A stretch of DNA of 64,000 nucleotides from a virus. Under the pieces are notes generated by a model that saw only the letters and a list, made by a program, of their open reading frames with translations, made no database searches and had not been told where the DNA came from. The DNA is taken from the IMG/VR virus record IMGVR_UViG_3300016476_001289; one strand, 5' to 3'. Below are positions 10,601 to 20,195 of this stretch, in pieces. The translations under genes were made by a program, and so were the position numbers. Positions within the stretch are counted from its first letter, which is position 1. Every line of letters starts with the position of its first letter.

Positions 10601-11566
10601 ATGAGCTATATCCCCACACAAACTTTAAATATGAGTCTTTTTTCTCTTGAAACCAGCTTTGATTCTGTTCCGGGTACTCAAGACCCTACTTATAACCCAC
10701 TTATTGTAGATGGTCTTGAAATACATGGTTTTCTTGATAGGCAAACGCATATCTCAGGTAAATATATTGAAGGCATTACAGTAGACCCCACAGGTATCTA
10801 TTTACCACAGGGATACTCTTATATCCTAGATCCTTATATTTATTATTCATCAGGCACTACTTATCAACCTTCTCCTTATTTTAGTTGGATTATTGATGGT
10901 GTTGAAGATACTACCCTTAAATTTGCTAGTCATTATGCTACCGATGTTGGTGTTACCGCACCTAATACAGCTACAGGTAGGGGTTATAGGGGATTAAAAT
11001 ATATTGATTGTTCTTCAGCATCTAAGGTCATAAAATTAAAAGCTCAAGGTGTTTGGTCAAGTATGGGTAATGTTTATTTTGATAATCAACAGACTAATGC
11101 TGTTTTAACTTCTACCCATAAAAGCCATATTCTTGTTTATGCTATCCCCAGTGCTGATATTTCTAACCCATCTGTTACTTCTTTAGATATGTCTTTTACT
11201 AGCTTAGGAACTTCAGGTTCTTATTCTACTAATGCTTTTTTCTTAGGTGCTACTTTACAAACGATTCAATTACCTACTGAAGCACTTAATAAATATTGTA
11301 TCTACAACCCACCTAATACACCTACCCCCGCTAATGATACTAACTATCTTACACCTACAAACCCCAGTGTAGGTGATTTTATAGGTTTAATGATTGCTAG
11401 GGGTGCTGTATCTACCACCGCCACCGTAAGTTGTAGTTCCCCAGCACAAACATTATTAACAGCCACTAGCGCATCTAATACTAATACTTGTTATATGTGG
11501 CAATGGACAGGTATTAGATGGGTTGAAATCCCCTTTTCTACCTTCGGTCTTGTTAAAATACCTTAA
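10601..11566 (+). CDS. Putative fibre tip/adhesin, two domains
   Basis: MSYIP start, GIYLPQGYSY C1q-like strand, C-terminal knob-like PSVGD...WTGIRW. Confidence 0.5.
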   Translation: MSYIPTQTLNMSLFSLETSFDSVPGTQDPTYNPLIVDGLEIHGFLDRQTHISGKYIEGITVDPTGIYLPQGYSYILDPYIYYSSGTTYQPSPYFSWIIDGVEDTTLKFASHYATDVGVTAPNTATGRGYRGLKYIDCSSASKVIKLKAQGVWSSMGNVYFDNQQTNAVLTSTHKSHILVYAIPSADISNPSVTSLDMSFTSLGTSGSYSTNAFFLGATLQTIQLPTEALNKYCIYNPPNTPTPANDTNYLTPTNPSVGDFIGLMIARGAVSTTATVSCSSPAQTLLTATSASNTNTCYMWQWTGIRWVEIPFSTFGLVKIP

Positions 11567-11583
11567 TTTTCGAGGGTCCGCAT

Positions 11584-12360
11584 TCACCCCATTATCTCTC
11601 TTATTTTCTTAGCAAAGAATTCTCTCAAGGGTGGCAACGCTAATGATTTATTCTTATACTCACTATATATCACACCACTAGATCTTAATATCCTTATCTT
11701 CCAAATATGCCCTTCTCTATTTATATCCATATATCCTTGAAACCCATTTTTAAACTCTATATAATACTCAGACCCATTCTCTATATGATTCTCTGTCTTT
11801 AATGTTATTTCATACTTCACTAATATACTCTTTAAAGTACTTATAAAATACTCATAAGGATCATTCCCTATCTTCTTCATAAAATCACCTAAAAACTCTT
11901 TTATATATGGGACATTAGGTATATCAGATTCTGCTTTTTCTATATATTCTCCCATAACATTATATAATGTTATCTCCCAATTATACTTATATTCTTTTTC
12001 TTGTATGCGGACCACATCTAATCTCACTTTTACTAAATACCCATTTGGCGAAGTCGCTTTAACATTCCATACAATATAATCTTTTAACCTTAAACTACCC
12101 TCTGTTCTCTCCACTATATTAAAACTATTTCTATTTAATATCTGTCTCACCGTACTCGTTATATAATTATAACTATCATTTTCTAACTTACTAGGATTCT
12201 TTTTTTTATTCCTATATTTAGATACACATATATTACATACACCATATCCTTCTTTTTTATCTTGATTCCACTTCATAGCCCCTTTTTCACCTAAATCTAC
12301 TTCACCATAACATATACTACACTTTAAGCTATTAGACTTGTCTTGTTCTGTGTTATCCAT
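11584..12360 (-). CDS. Hypothetical protein, N-terminal CxxC..CxxC zinc finger and internally duplicated domain
   Basis: CSIC...CNIC, then two related units beginning YNYITSTVRQIL and YEYFISTLKSIL. Confidence 0.6.
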   Translation of the reverse strand: MDNTEQDKSNSLKCSICYGEVDLGEKGAMKWNQDKKEGYGVCNICVSKYRNKKKNPSKLENDSYNYITSTVRQILNRNSFNIVERTEGSLRLKDYIVWNVKATSPNGYLVKVRLDVVRIQEKEYKYNWEITLYNVMGEYIEKAESDIPNVPYIKEFLGDFMKKIGNDPYEYFISTLKSILVKYEITLKTENHIENGSEYYIEFKNGFQGYMDINREGHIWKIRILRSSGVIYSEYKNKSLALPPLREFFAKKIREIMG

Positions 12361-13196
12361 ATCGACTTCTCCTTTATGTTAGCTATTTCTCTTCCATTTA
12401 AATCCACCTGAAATAAAGACCCTTTATGTGTATTAGAATTTAATCTATATTCTTCTTTTGAATGATTAAAATATAAATTACCTAAACCATACATTATTAG
12501 TTTACCATGATATATGCCATATCTTTGTCTTACATGAGAACCATGACCCATTATTATATCACTCCCACCTTTGTCTATTAACCCCTTAGCAAATTCACTT
12601 TGCCACCTTTCAGGGATTAACTTATATTCCTTCCCCCAATGTATTGAATTTATTATCACATACTCAGGATATAACACCCTATACATTTTGATTATATCTA
12701 TATAATTATTTCTCCCATCTAATGTTAATACATTAGCCACATGACCCCTACTACCTGAATATATTGTCGTTACACTAAAAAACAATATCTTTTTATCATG
12801 ATCTATATAAGGCTCATATCTATCACCATATATAGAAGCACCACTATATCCTATGTTGTTATTCTCTAATATCTCTAAGGTCTCTTTTATCCCACTTGGT
12901 GAGAAATCTCCACTATGATTATTAGCAAATGATACTAAATCTACTTTACCATTTACTAATGCCCTTACACTATCTGGTCTCCCTCTTAAATATACATCAC
13001 CTTCTTTTTTTCTCTTCTCATGTTCACCATTACATATAGGATTCTCTAGATTCACTATAAATAAATCCCTCTTTATAGAATTTAGATCATTTAAAGGTGT
13101 TAATAGATTATATTCTATATATGTCTGATCTTCCATTGTATATCGACCAAACATCACATCACCACCAAATAATAGTCTTATATTCATCTTATTCAC
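12324..13196 (-). CDS. CapA/PGA_cap family metallophosphoesterase
   Basis: GDVM, VNLE, ANNH, HWGKEY, GHGSH, YGLGN motifs. Confidence 0.9.
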   Translation of the reverse strand: MNKMNIRLLFGGDVMFGRYTMEDQTYIEYNLLTPLNDLNSIKRDLFIVNLENPICNGEHEKRKKEGDVYLRGRPDSVRALVNGKVDLVSFANNHSGDFSPSGIKETLEILENNNIGYSGASIYGDRYEPYIDHDKKILFFSVTTIYSGSRGHVANVLTLDGRNNYIDIIKMYRVLYPEYVIINSIHWGKEYKLIPERWQSEFAKGLIDKGGSDIIMGHGSHVRQRYGIYHGKLIMYGLGNLYFNHSKEEYRLNSNTHKGSLFQVDLNGREIANIKEKSIWITQNKTSLIA

Positions 13197-13231
13197 CTCT
13201 TATTTTATACTAATAGGTGAATATAAACTAC

Positions 13232-13474
13232 TTAGTGTTTTATTGACTCTTTAAATGCTTCCCATTTTTCTCTATCATAATTATATATCTGTGGGTCTAA
13301 AAATTCTAATCTTTCTACATTCCTATCTACTATAAAGATTACATGATTCCCAAACCATTTTGATACTGGTAACCATAAGATATAATCATATTCTTTAGGT
13401 AACACCATATATAACGACTCATTCACTATTGATATCACTTCTTCATTTTTTACCACAAATAAGGTCTTTTCCAT
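13232..13474 (-). CDS. Hypothetical protein
   Basis: 80-aa ORF co-oriented with the capA-like gene. Confidence 0.5.
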   Translation of the reverse strand: MEKTLFVVKNEEVISIVNESLYMVLPKEYDYILWLPVSKWFGNHVIFIVDRNVERLEFLDPQIYNYDREKWEAFKESIKH

Positions 13475-13566
13475 ATTCTTATACTCTCTATTTTTTTCTC
13501 TTTATTTATTATACTTATATAAGTTGTATATTACTACTTTTTCCCACTATCTATGGAGATATTATC

Positions 13567-14010
13567 ATGGCAGAAAAACTTCTCACAGCCAATGAAAAGA
13601 CACAGGGTAAGCCTTTTCCGAACTTCAGTTTCGCAGAGCTCGAATTCTATTCTAGAATCCCTTCTGAATTAATACCTAATGCTACAACCTTATTAAAGAA
13701 TCTTCAAGCTCTTAGAGATGCTTGTGGTAAACCTATTGTAATACGATCAGGATATCGAGACGAATCTCGTCAAGCTATTGTTAACGAAAAAGTCAAAAAG
13801 TCGCAGCATTCCCTGGCTGCGGCATCGGACATTACAATTAAAGGTATGACACCTAAAGAAGTAGCAAATCTTATAGAAAAATTAATTTCTGAAAAAAAAA
13901 TGGATGAGGGCGGCATAGGCGTATATTCAGATTTTGTTCATTACGACTGTCGTTGCAACTTGACAGTTGCTAAGGATTTTCCCACAGCTCGTGCTAGATG
14001 GAATGGCTAA
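13567..14010 (+). CDS. Peptidase M15A family (putative endolysin)
   Basis: SGYR, SQH.x6.D, GGIGVY..FVHYD zinc motifs. ATG 13567 follows GGAG. Confidence 0.85.
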   Translation: MAEKLLTANEKTQGKPFPNFSFAELEFYSRIPSELIPNATTLLKNLQALRDACGKPIVIRSGYRDESRQAIVNEKVKKSQHSLAAASDITIKGMTPKEVANLIEKLISEKKMDEGGIGVYSDFVHYDCRCNLTVAKDFPTARARWNG

Positions 14011-17000
14011 ATAAACTCTTTGAAGAGTTCCTCCATAGGAGATGAAATAACTTCTTCTTTAACTTCTTCAATATTTTCTACAAGTTCTAAAACAAGAGAT
14101 TCAGGTGATAAAATAGAAAGAGTCTCTTTAATAGTTAGAATGACATTATTAAGTTCACCTAGTTCTTCTAAAGAGAGTGTTTTACCTTTTCTATCATTTA
14201 GGTAGTTCTTGATAGGAAAAAAAGAACCTACTTTATATAGCCATACTGCTTTAGGAACATCCTTAAAATAAGAGGTATTATTAATATAAAGATTATTGCC
14301 CTTAAACTTAAAAGAAGAAATAGTATAGTCTTTACCTGAGAAGGTTTTATATAATGGGGTGTTAATAGATGGAGTTAAGTTCATATGAAGAACTCTTAAT
14401 TTCCTACCTATCTCTTTATGATAGGTGAAGGTATCCATAGAATCAGGGTAAGGTATTCTAGGATAATCTAATTTGAGAAATTCATTATATTGAGTGATAT
14501 AGGTGGAGTCATGTAGGATACCATAGCAGTAATCAATAATATCTATAGCTTCTATATTAGAATCCAATTTTTTAAATACAGTAGTAATGTGTAAGGTGTC
14601 GATATTTTCTTTAATTTGTGTACCACCATAAATACCCATAGGGTCTTCTACATGAACTAAGAAAGGGGCGGAATATACTCGATTTCCCCCTTTAAAAATT
14701 TTATGCTCTATAGGATGCTTTGAAATAAAAATATGAGAAAAGGAATCTTTTTCTTGGGGTGTCTTAGTATAAGAAATATAAAAGTTTTCTTTAATATCTA
14801 CTTGTTTAACAAGTTCTAAAGATGACGAAGATGTTAAATCGGAATCAAAATAAAATCGGTTATCATAACAGCGATAACAGATTTGTCGATACTCTCCCTT
14901 ACCTTTTTTAGCTAAATTCCCCCTATCTTTAATTTCGGTATTAGGTGGTAATTTATCACTATCTATAAAGTCTTTGATTTTCTTTTCTAGGTCTTTTTTA
15001 TTACTGTCAATAACAAGGGTGTCACAAGAAGTGGTAATACCTGTTTGTTTGACATCAAAAAGATCATGTAAAGAAAAAGTATTAATTGAGTCGGAATAGA
15101 CTTCATAGATGGTTTCTTCAAGAGGACAGAAAAACTTTTCTTTTGTAAAGATAGGAAGTTCGGTGAAAGAAATATCTTTAATAGTATTTTCTTTTAAGTA
15201 TTTTAATTTCTCTTCTTTAGAACCTATTAAATCTCTATAAAAGACTTTACCTAAAGAATGGGGTTTCTTTTTACCTGTTTTCACAAAGAAAGAAATACAA
15301 ACAGATGCTTTAATTTCAAAAACATTCTCACCCTTAATATTAAGGATATAAATCTCATCAAAAGATTTAAGGAGAGACTCCCTAACCCCCAACATGGTAG
15401 GGGCCATCAGAAAAGAGTTGTTGGTTATATAGGTAAGAACACCAAAACCAGTATTGTCTATAAAATACTGACCATATCGGATAAACTTGATGTAATCATC
15501 TTGTATTCTGCCTTTACCATAAGAGGATATGAGGTTTTGAATAAAATCGGATTTATTTGTAGAGTGAGCTAAATAAGGAGGATTACCTATAACTAGAGAA
15601 ATAGGTTTATTTCTAGTTTCTTGGGTGAGGTTATTTTCTTTAACAAGTTTTTTTAAGAAATTATCTGCTCCTTTAAAGAGACCTTGATTTTCACTAGGGT
15701 CAAGAGAGTCAGTAAGAAACACATTAAGTTTATCTATTTTCTTAATACCTGTTTTTTCAATTTCTTCAATAACATTGAGTCTTGCTAAGGTGTAAGCAAT
15801 AACCATTACTTCAAAGGCATTAAGTCTATCCATAAGACTAGGTGAATATAATTCCCAGTTATATTCTTTCATTTCAGTATGTATATACTGAACTATTCTT
15901 CTTAGGTAGTTACCTGTCCCTGTAGCAGGGTCTAGGATTTGAACTTTATATTGAGATTTGCCTTTTGAATCTATATATTTTTCATCAGAACAGATGCCTT
16001 CTGTGATTCCTAATTTATCTTTAAAAAGATCATCAGCAGATTTTATCATGAAATCAACAATTTCAACTGGAGTGTACCATACTCCTTTTTCTTTTTTCAT
16101 TTGTTTATTATATTGCTCAAGAAAATTTTCATAGAAGTAGGTAGTATCGAAGTCTGTAATATTACTAGAGATGTTATTTAACAAGCTCACAATAGACTCT
16201 AAAACTAACAATAAGTCATTTTCAATATTACTAATTTCACCTGACTCATCAGTGATTGCTTTTTTCAAAAAGAACTTAAGTAATTCATGAATAGATGGGA
16301 TGTTTTCATGAGATTCTTTTAAAGAGAAAGGCTTACTTGTTTTAATAGAATGGTGTTTAGCATAAGATAAACCATAGATAATAATTTGAGCATACAAAGA
16401 AGCAAATTCTTCTTCAGATAGAGAAGTGATAAGATTATCTTTAAAGAGATCAAATTCTTCATGTATCTTAGTACTTACTGATTTGTTTTGTAGTTTAGAC
16501 AATACAAGAGTATCTAATATTTTAGCTTTCTCTGCTAAGAGATAAGCGAGTTCTTGTGATGAACTGATAGGAATAGGTTCTTTAGCATATCCTTTGATTT
16601 GTTCTATCATAAGAGATACTGTTTCTAATCCTGAGTTATCAAAGAGACCTTCTTTAAGAGAGTAAAGCATAAATTGGTTTCCTTTGTCATAAGAAGAATG
16701 GTTCTTTTTAAGAAATTTAAAGTCTTCAAAGTTAGTGTAAATAAGATTAGGATAGTTTTTCATATACCTAACTATTTGTTCTGTATCCTCAGGTAAGGGG
16801 TCTTGGTAATTCTTAGCTTCTAGATAGAAGACTATCTTCCCATCATATTCACCACAAAGATCTACTTTATCTGTATCTTTACAATTTCTAGGTTGGATTA
16901 CAAAATTATACTCTGGAAATAATTTTTGAAGGAACTCTTCTTTAAAGGTAGCAAGACAGTCATCTTCACCTGAGATGCCTTTCTTTTTCTTTTGTTCCAT

Positions 17001-17042
17001 TATATTCTTAAAATTTTTAGCAATTTTGATTTGTTCTTGCAT
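14007..17042 (-). CDS. Fused restriction-modification enzyme (Type ISP/IIG-like, N6-adenine MTase, no helicase)
   Basis: N-terminal D..x..EAK nuclease-like motif, GVWYTP, LDPATGTG, IGNPPY, and a C-terminal LlaBIII-type specificity region (YPRIP, DRKG). Confidence 0.85.
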   Translation of the reverse strand: MQEQIKIAKNFKNIMEQKKKKGISGEDDCLATFKEEFLQKLFPEYNFVIQPRNCKDTDKVDLCGEYDGKIVFYLEAKNYQDPLPEDTEQIVRYMKNYPNLIYTNFEDFKFLKKNHSSYDKGNQFMLYSLKEGLFDNSGLETVSLMIEQIKGYAKEPIPISSSQELAYLLAEKAKILDTLVLSKLQNKSVSTKIHEEFDLFKDNLITSLSEEEFASLYAQIIIYGLSYAKHHSIKTSKPFSLKESHENIPSIHELLKFFLKKAITDESGEISNIENDLLLVLESIVSLLNNISSNITDFDTTYFYENFLEQYNKQMKKEKGVWYTPVEIVDFMIKSADDLFKDKLGITEGICSDEKYIDSKGKSQYKVQILDPATGTGNYLRRIVQYIHTEMKEYNWELYSPSLMDRLNAFEVMVIAYTLARLNVIEEIEKTGIKKIDKLNVFLTDSLDPSENQGLFKGADNFLKKLVKENNLTQETRNKPISLVIGNPPYLAHSTNKSDFIQNLISSYGKGRIQDDYIKFIRYGQYFIDNTGFGVLTYITNNSFLMAPTMLGVRESLLKSFDEIYILNIKGENVFEIKASVCISFFVKTGKKKPHSLGKVFYRDLIGSKEEKLKYLKENTIKDISFTELPIFTKEKFFCPLEETIYEVYSDSINTFSLHDLFDVKQTGITTSCDTLVIDSNKKDLEKKIKDFIDSDKLPPNTEIKDRGNLAKKGKGEYRQICYRCYDNRFYFDSDLTSSSSLELVKQVDIKENFYISYTKTPQEKDSFSHIFISKHPIEHKIFKGGNRVYSAPFLVHVEDPMGIYGGTQIKENIDTLHITTVFKKLDSNIEAIDIIDYCYGILHDSTYITQYNEFLKLDYPRIPYPDSMDTFTYHKEIGRKLRVLHMNLTPSINTPLYKTFSGKDYTISSFKFKGNNLYINNTSYFKDVPKAVWLYKVGSFFPIKNYLNDRKGKTLSLEELGELNNVILTIKETLSILSPESLVLELVENIEEVKEEVISSPMEELFKEFI

Positions 17043-17237
17043 GGTTGTTATGTCCTTTCAAGGACATATTATAGTAATTCGGTATGTCACTCAAGCCATA
17101 AAATTTATCTATAAGAATATTGTAAAAAGAGGGGGATGGAGAGTTTGTTTTAATTCTTCCAAGCAATGTATTATGTTGGAATATTTTTTACATATATGAT
17201 AAAATTTTAAAAATTCATCTAGAAAGGACAAATTAAA

Positions 17238-18176
17238 TTGGAAGAATTTTTAAATAAGATAATTTGTGGTGATTGTATTGAAGTCATGAAAAAGATACCG
17301 GACAATTCAATCGCTGCTTGTATAACAGACCCTCCATATAACTATGAATTTGCAGGACATAAATGGGATAAAGAAGAAATAAAAAGAAGAACAGAGCGAG
17401 TTCAAAACTCTTCTACGCTAGTAAAGAATATGCCCTACGGTAGTAGCTTGTCTGGAGGAGTGAGAAATGAAAGTTGGTACAAAAAGAATCGAGAAAATAT
17501 TGTTGAATATCAAAAATGGGTTGAAGAATGGGGTAAAGAACTTTATAGGATACTGAAGCCTGGAGCATATGTTTTTACATTTAATAGTACTAGAACAGTT
17601 GCCCATATCCAAGTAGGACTTGAAAATGTGGGTTTTTATACTAGAGATATAATAGCATGGAGAAGAAACAGTGGGATACCAAAGGGGTTAAATATAACCA
17701 AAAAACTAGAGAAGATGGGTGTAGAAGATTCTAAAAGATGGGATGGGTGGCATAGTTGTCTCCGAAATGAATGGGAAGCAATATCATTAGTTCAGAAACC
17801 ATTGTCTAATAACTATATTGAAACGATTAACCAATACAAAGTTAGTGTGCTTCATGCGAAAGTAAATGGTAAATTTCAATCAAATATAATTGAGGATATA
17901 AAGAGAGATTCAAAAGATGATTTCAATGACCACATAACAGTGAAACCCGTAGATTTAATAAAAATGTTGATTGAGATGTCAGTTCCAAAATACGAAGACA
18001 ACTTAGTTATAGATCCTTTCATGGGATCTGGTACAACGGCAGTGGCAGCTTCAAGTTTAGGGGTAGGATTTGTTGGGGTTGAGATTGATAGTGGATATGT
18101 TGAAATAGCACAGAAACGATTGGATAAGGGAGTTGAGAGTATAGATTTATCCTTTGATGGTGAAGAAGAGGATTAG
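17238..18176 (+). CDS. Site-specific DNA methyltransferase, beta class (N4/N6)
   Basis: DPPY near the N-terminus, H.TVKP, DPFMGSGTT. TTG start after AAAGGA. Confidence 0.9.
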   Translation: MEEFLNKIICGDCIEVMKKIPDNSIAACITDPPYNYEFAGHKWDKEEIKRRTERVQNSSTLVKNMPYGSSLSGGVRNESWYKKNRENIVEYQKWVEEWGKELYRILKPGAYVFTFNSTRTVAHIQVGLENVGFYTRDIIAWRRNSGIPKGLNITKKLEKMGVEDSKRWDGWHSCLRNEWEAISLVQKPLSNNYIETINQYKVSVLHAKVNGKFQSNIIEDIKRDSKDDFNDHITVKPVDLIKMLIEMSVPKYEDNLVIDPFMGSGTTAVAASSLGVGFVGVEIDSGYVEIAQKRLDKGVESIDLSFDGEEED

Positions 18177-18184
18177 TGGTGGGG

Positions 18185-18658
18185 TTAATCAAATCTACAC
18201 ATATCATGAATTTCTTGAATAGATTCTCTCATTAATTTCTCTTCTTTTTCTCGTTTTTCCATATTATCAAACCATTCTTTTTCGTTTTTTTCATACTCAG
18301 CTTCATCTCGACACATTTGTTCATATTCTTTAACTTCTTCAAGATATACAGGATCAGGAAAAGAGACCCATCTAAAGAAAAAATGTCCTTCTAATTGAAG
18401 ATTTTGACAATAGGACATGAGAGAATATTTAAAAATAGATCGGAAGAGAGGGGTGAGTTCGGCTTCTTTTAGGGGATGGTCATAGATAGTTTCGGGTGGT
18501 GGTGTCTCAATTAAATTTTTTGCACAGAGTAAAAAATCTTTGAGTACTTCAATTTTAAGAGAGCCATCTTCATAATAGTCATCTGAAAAGAAAGAGTATT
18601 GATAGATGATATGATCTTTTTCAATTTGGATATGGGAGATGATATAAGGTGTAATCAT
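18185..18658 (-). CDS. Hypothetical protein, paralog of 20185-20736
   Basis: Shared SLKxE.L.D, PPETIYD.PL.E.E..P, RW.S.P and an acidic helical tail. Confidence 0.7.
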   Translation of the reverse strand: MITPYIISHIQIEKDHIIYQYSFFSDDYYEDGSLKIEVLKDFLLCAKNLIETPPPETIYDHPLKEAELTPLFRSIFKYSLMSYCQNLQLEGHFFFRWVSFPDPVYLEEVKEYEQMCRDEAEYEKNEKEWFDNMEKREKEEKLMRESIQEIHDMCRFD

Positions 18659-18746
18659 GAGTAATCCTTTTTAGGTAGTGGTCTCTTTATATTATATTTA
18701 TATAATACACCATTATAGAAAAAACCTAAAAAAAGGATACCCTAAA

Positions 18747-19361
18747 ATGATTAGTAAAAAGATCGCTTCTTTAGAAGAGCGTTTAGCTAGACTTGAAGCT
18801 AAATTAATCAATAAATTTGATTATCTAGAACCCATTGAAAAATCTAACTACAAGAAACATAAATCTATCAATAAATCCCTTTATCTAGAACCCATTGAAA
18901 AATCAGACTATAGAAAACATAAATCTATCAATAAATCTCTTTATCTAGAACCTATTGAAAATACTAAACATAAATTTATTGATAAATCTCTTTATGTAGA
19001 ACCCATTGAAAAATCAGACTATAGAAAACATAAATCTATCAATAAATCCCTTTATCTAGAACCTATTGAAAAATTCGATTATGTAGAACCTATTGAAAAA
19101 TCTAACTATAAGAAACATAAATCTATCAATAAATCCCTTTATCTAGAACCTATCTTAAAAAAAAGTTCATTTAAATCTATGGTTGAAATGATAGACCCTA
19201 GAACAAAAAGAGTAGAAGCAGTAGATACTTTAGATAGCTTCTATGAGAATAATATGGATGATGAAGAAGTAATAGAAGCTTTAGATGAATTGAAATCAGG
19301 TTTAAAGTCAGAAGTATTAGTCCCTACAGGACAAGGTTATTATATATTAAAGCTTAAATAG
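18747..19361 (+). CDS. KIASLE-leader family protein with tandem peptide repeats
   Basis: ATG 18747 after AAAGGA. MISKKIASLEERLARLEAKL followed by YLEPIEKS repeats. Confidence 0.8.
   Translation: MISKKIASLEERLARLEAKLINKFDYLEPIEKSNYKKHKSINKSLYLEPIEKSDYRKHKSINKSLYLEPIENTKHKFIDKSLYVEPIEKSDYRKHKSINKSLYLEPIEKFDYVEPIEKSNYKKHKSINKSLYLEPILKKSSFKSMVEMIDPRTKRVEAVDTLDSFYENNMDDEEVIEALDELKSGLKSEVLVPTGQGYYILKLK
18822..19154 (+). repeat. Coding tandem repeat, ~60-nt unit (YLEPIEKSxYxKHKSINKSL) with shortened units
   Basis: Seven Y[LV]EPI anchors. All length variants preserve the frame. Confidence 0.9.
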
Positions 19362-19365
19362 GATA

Positions 19366-19713
19366 TTATTTGCTGGAAGCCATATCTAATACGGACATAT
19401 CACCTACTACGGTAGCCATATCAATCACTACTGACATATCACCTGCTATAATTGATATATCCCCTACGATTGTAGCCATATCGCTTACTACAGTAGATTC
19501 CATATCAGTTGAAGAAGCCATATCACTTACGGACACATCAGCCATATCACTTACTTCGGTAACCATATCTGTAGAAGAAGCCATATCAACCACTATGGTA
19601 GACATATCAGAAGAAGTCATATCGGTGGTTGTAGCAACGGATTTAGTTTCTTTATCTCCACTACAAGCGAGAAACAAGAAAGCACTTAAAAGAATAGTAA
19701 ATAGAGTTTTCAT
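19366..19713 (-). CDS. Lipoprotein with Asp-Met (DM) low-complexity repeats
   Basis: Signal peptide MKTLFTILLSAFLFLAC, then recurring xDM/xDI every 5-8 residues. Confidence 0.8.
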   Translation of the reverse strand: MKTLFTILLSAFLFLACSGDKETKSVATTTDMTSSDMSTIVVDMASSTDMVTEVSDMADVSVSDMASSTDMESTVVSDMATIVGDISIIAGDMSVVIDMATVVGDMSVLDMASSK

Positions 19714-19838
19714 AACTAACACCTTTTATTAGAGTTTATGTATTACACAAAACATAAAGCATAAACAAAATATTCAATACTACTTTTATAAAGTAGTATA
19801 TATAAGTATAAACTTTTATAAACAAAAGGACTCATAAA

Positions 19839-20195
19839 ATGATTAGTTCAAAAATCGCTTCTTTGGAAGCAAGATTAGCCAGACTCGAAGGCAAATTAAT
19901 GAGCAAAAAAGCTTGGGGTAAAACTCTTGAAGAAGAAGTAATGCCTCAAGTTGAAGCTGGTATTGCCGATGCAGGTGGAGAAATTGTAGATGTTAAATTA
20001 CAAAAAGGTACACACAATAGATGTCAAATGACAATTATGACTCCCAGAGGGATGAAAAGTGTAACTTGGCAAGTATTTACTGACTATGGTTACAATGAAT
20101 ATCTGTTTGAAGTAAATAATAAGATTATTCCTTCTCTAGATGAAGTTTCAGGTTATGAACTTGGTCAATACCTTGTATTGAAGGCTAGAGGATAG
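19839..20195 (+). CDS. KIASLE-leader family protein
   Basis: MISSKIASLEARLARLEGKLMSKKA plus a unique domain. AAGGA RBS. Confidence 0.85.
   Translation: MISSKIASLEARLARLEGKLMSKKAWGKTLEEEVMPQVEAGIADAGGEIVDVKLQKGTHNRCQMTIMTPRGMKSVTWQVFTDYGYNEYLFEVNNKIIPSLDEVSGYELGQYLVLKARG

Noticed and set aside
3350-11566. Diversity-generating retroelement acting on fibre genes or the FGE-like ORF
   Set aside because: No reverse transcriptase in the window. Differences between repeat copies are mostly synonymous and not confined to adenines.
18822-19154. Possible CRISPR array
   Set aside because: Units are contiguous, frame-preserving coding repeats with no unique spacers and no cas genes.
19370-19732. + strand 120-aa ORF and other shadow ORFs (e.g. 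1671-2174, 29511-29822, 48205-48552, 61480-61848)
   Set aside because: Antisense or off-frame to better-supported genes, with no RBS or recognisable motifs.
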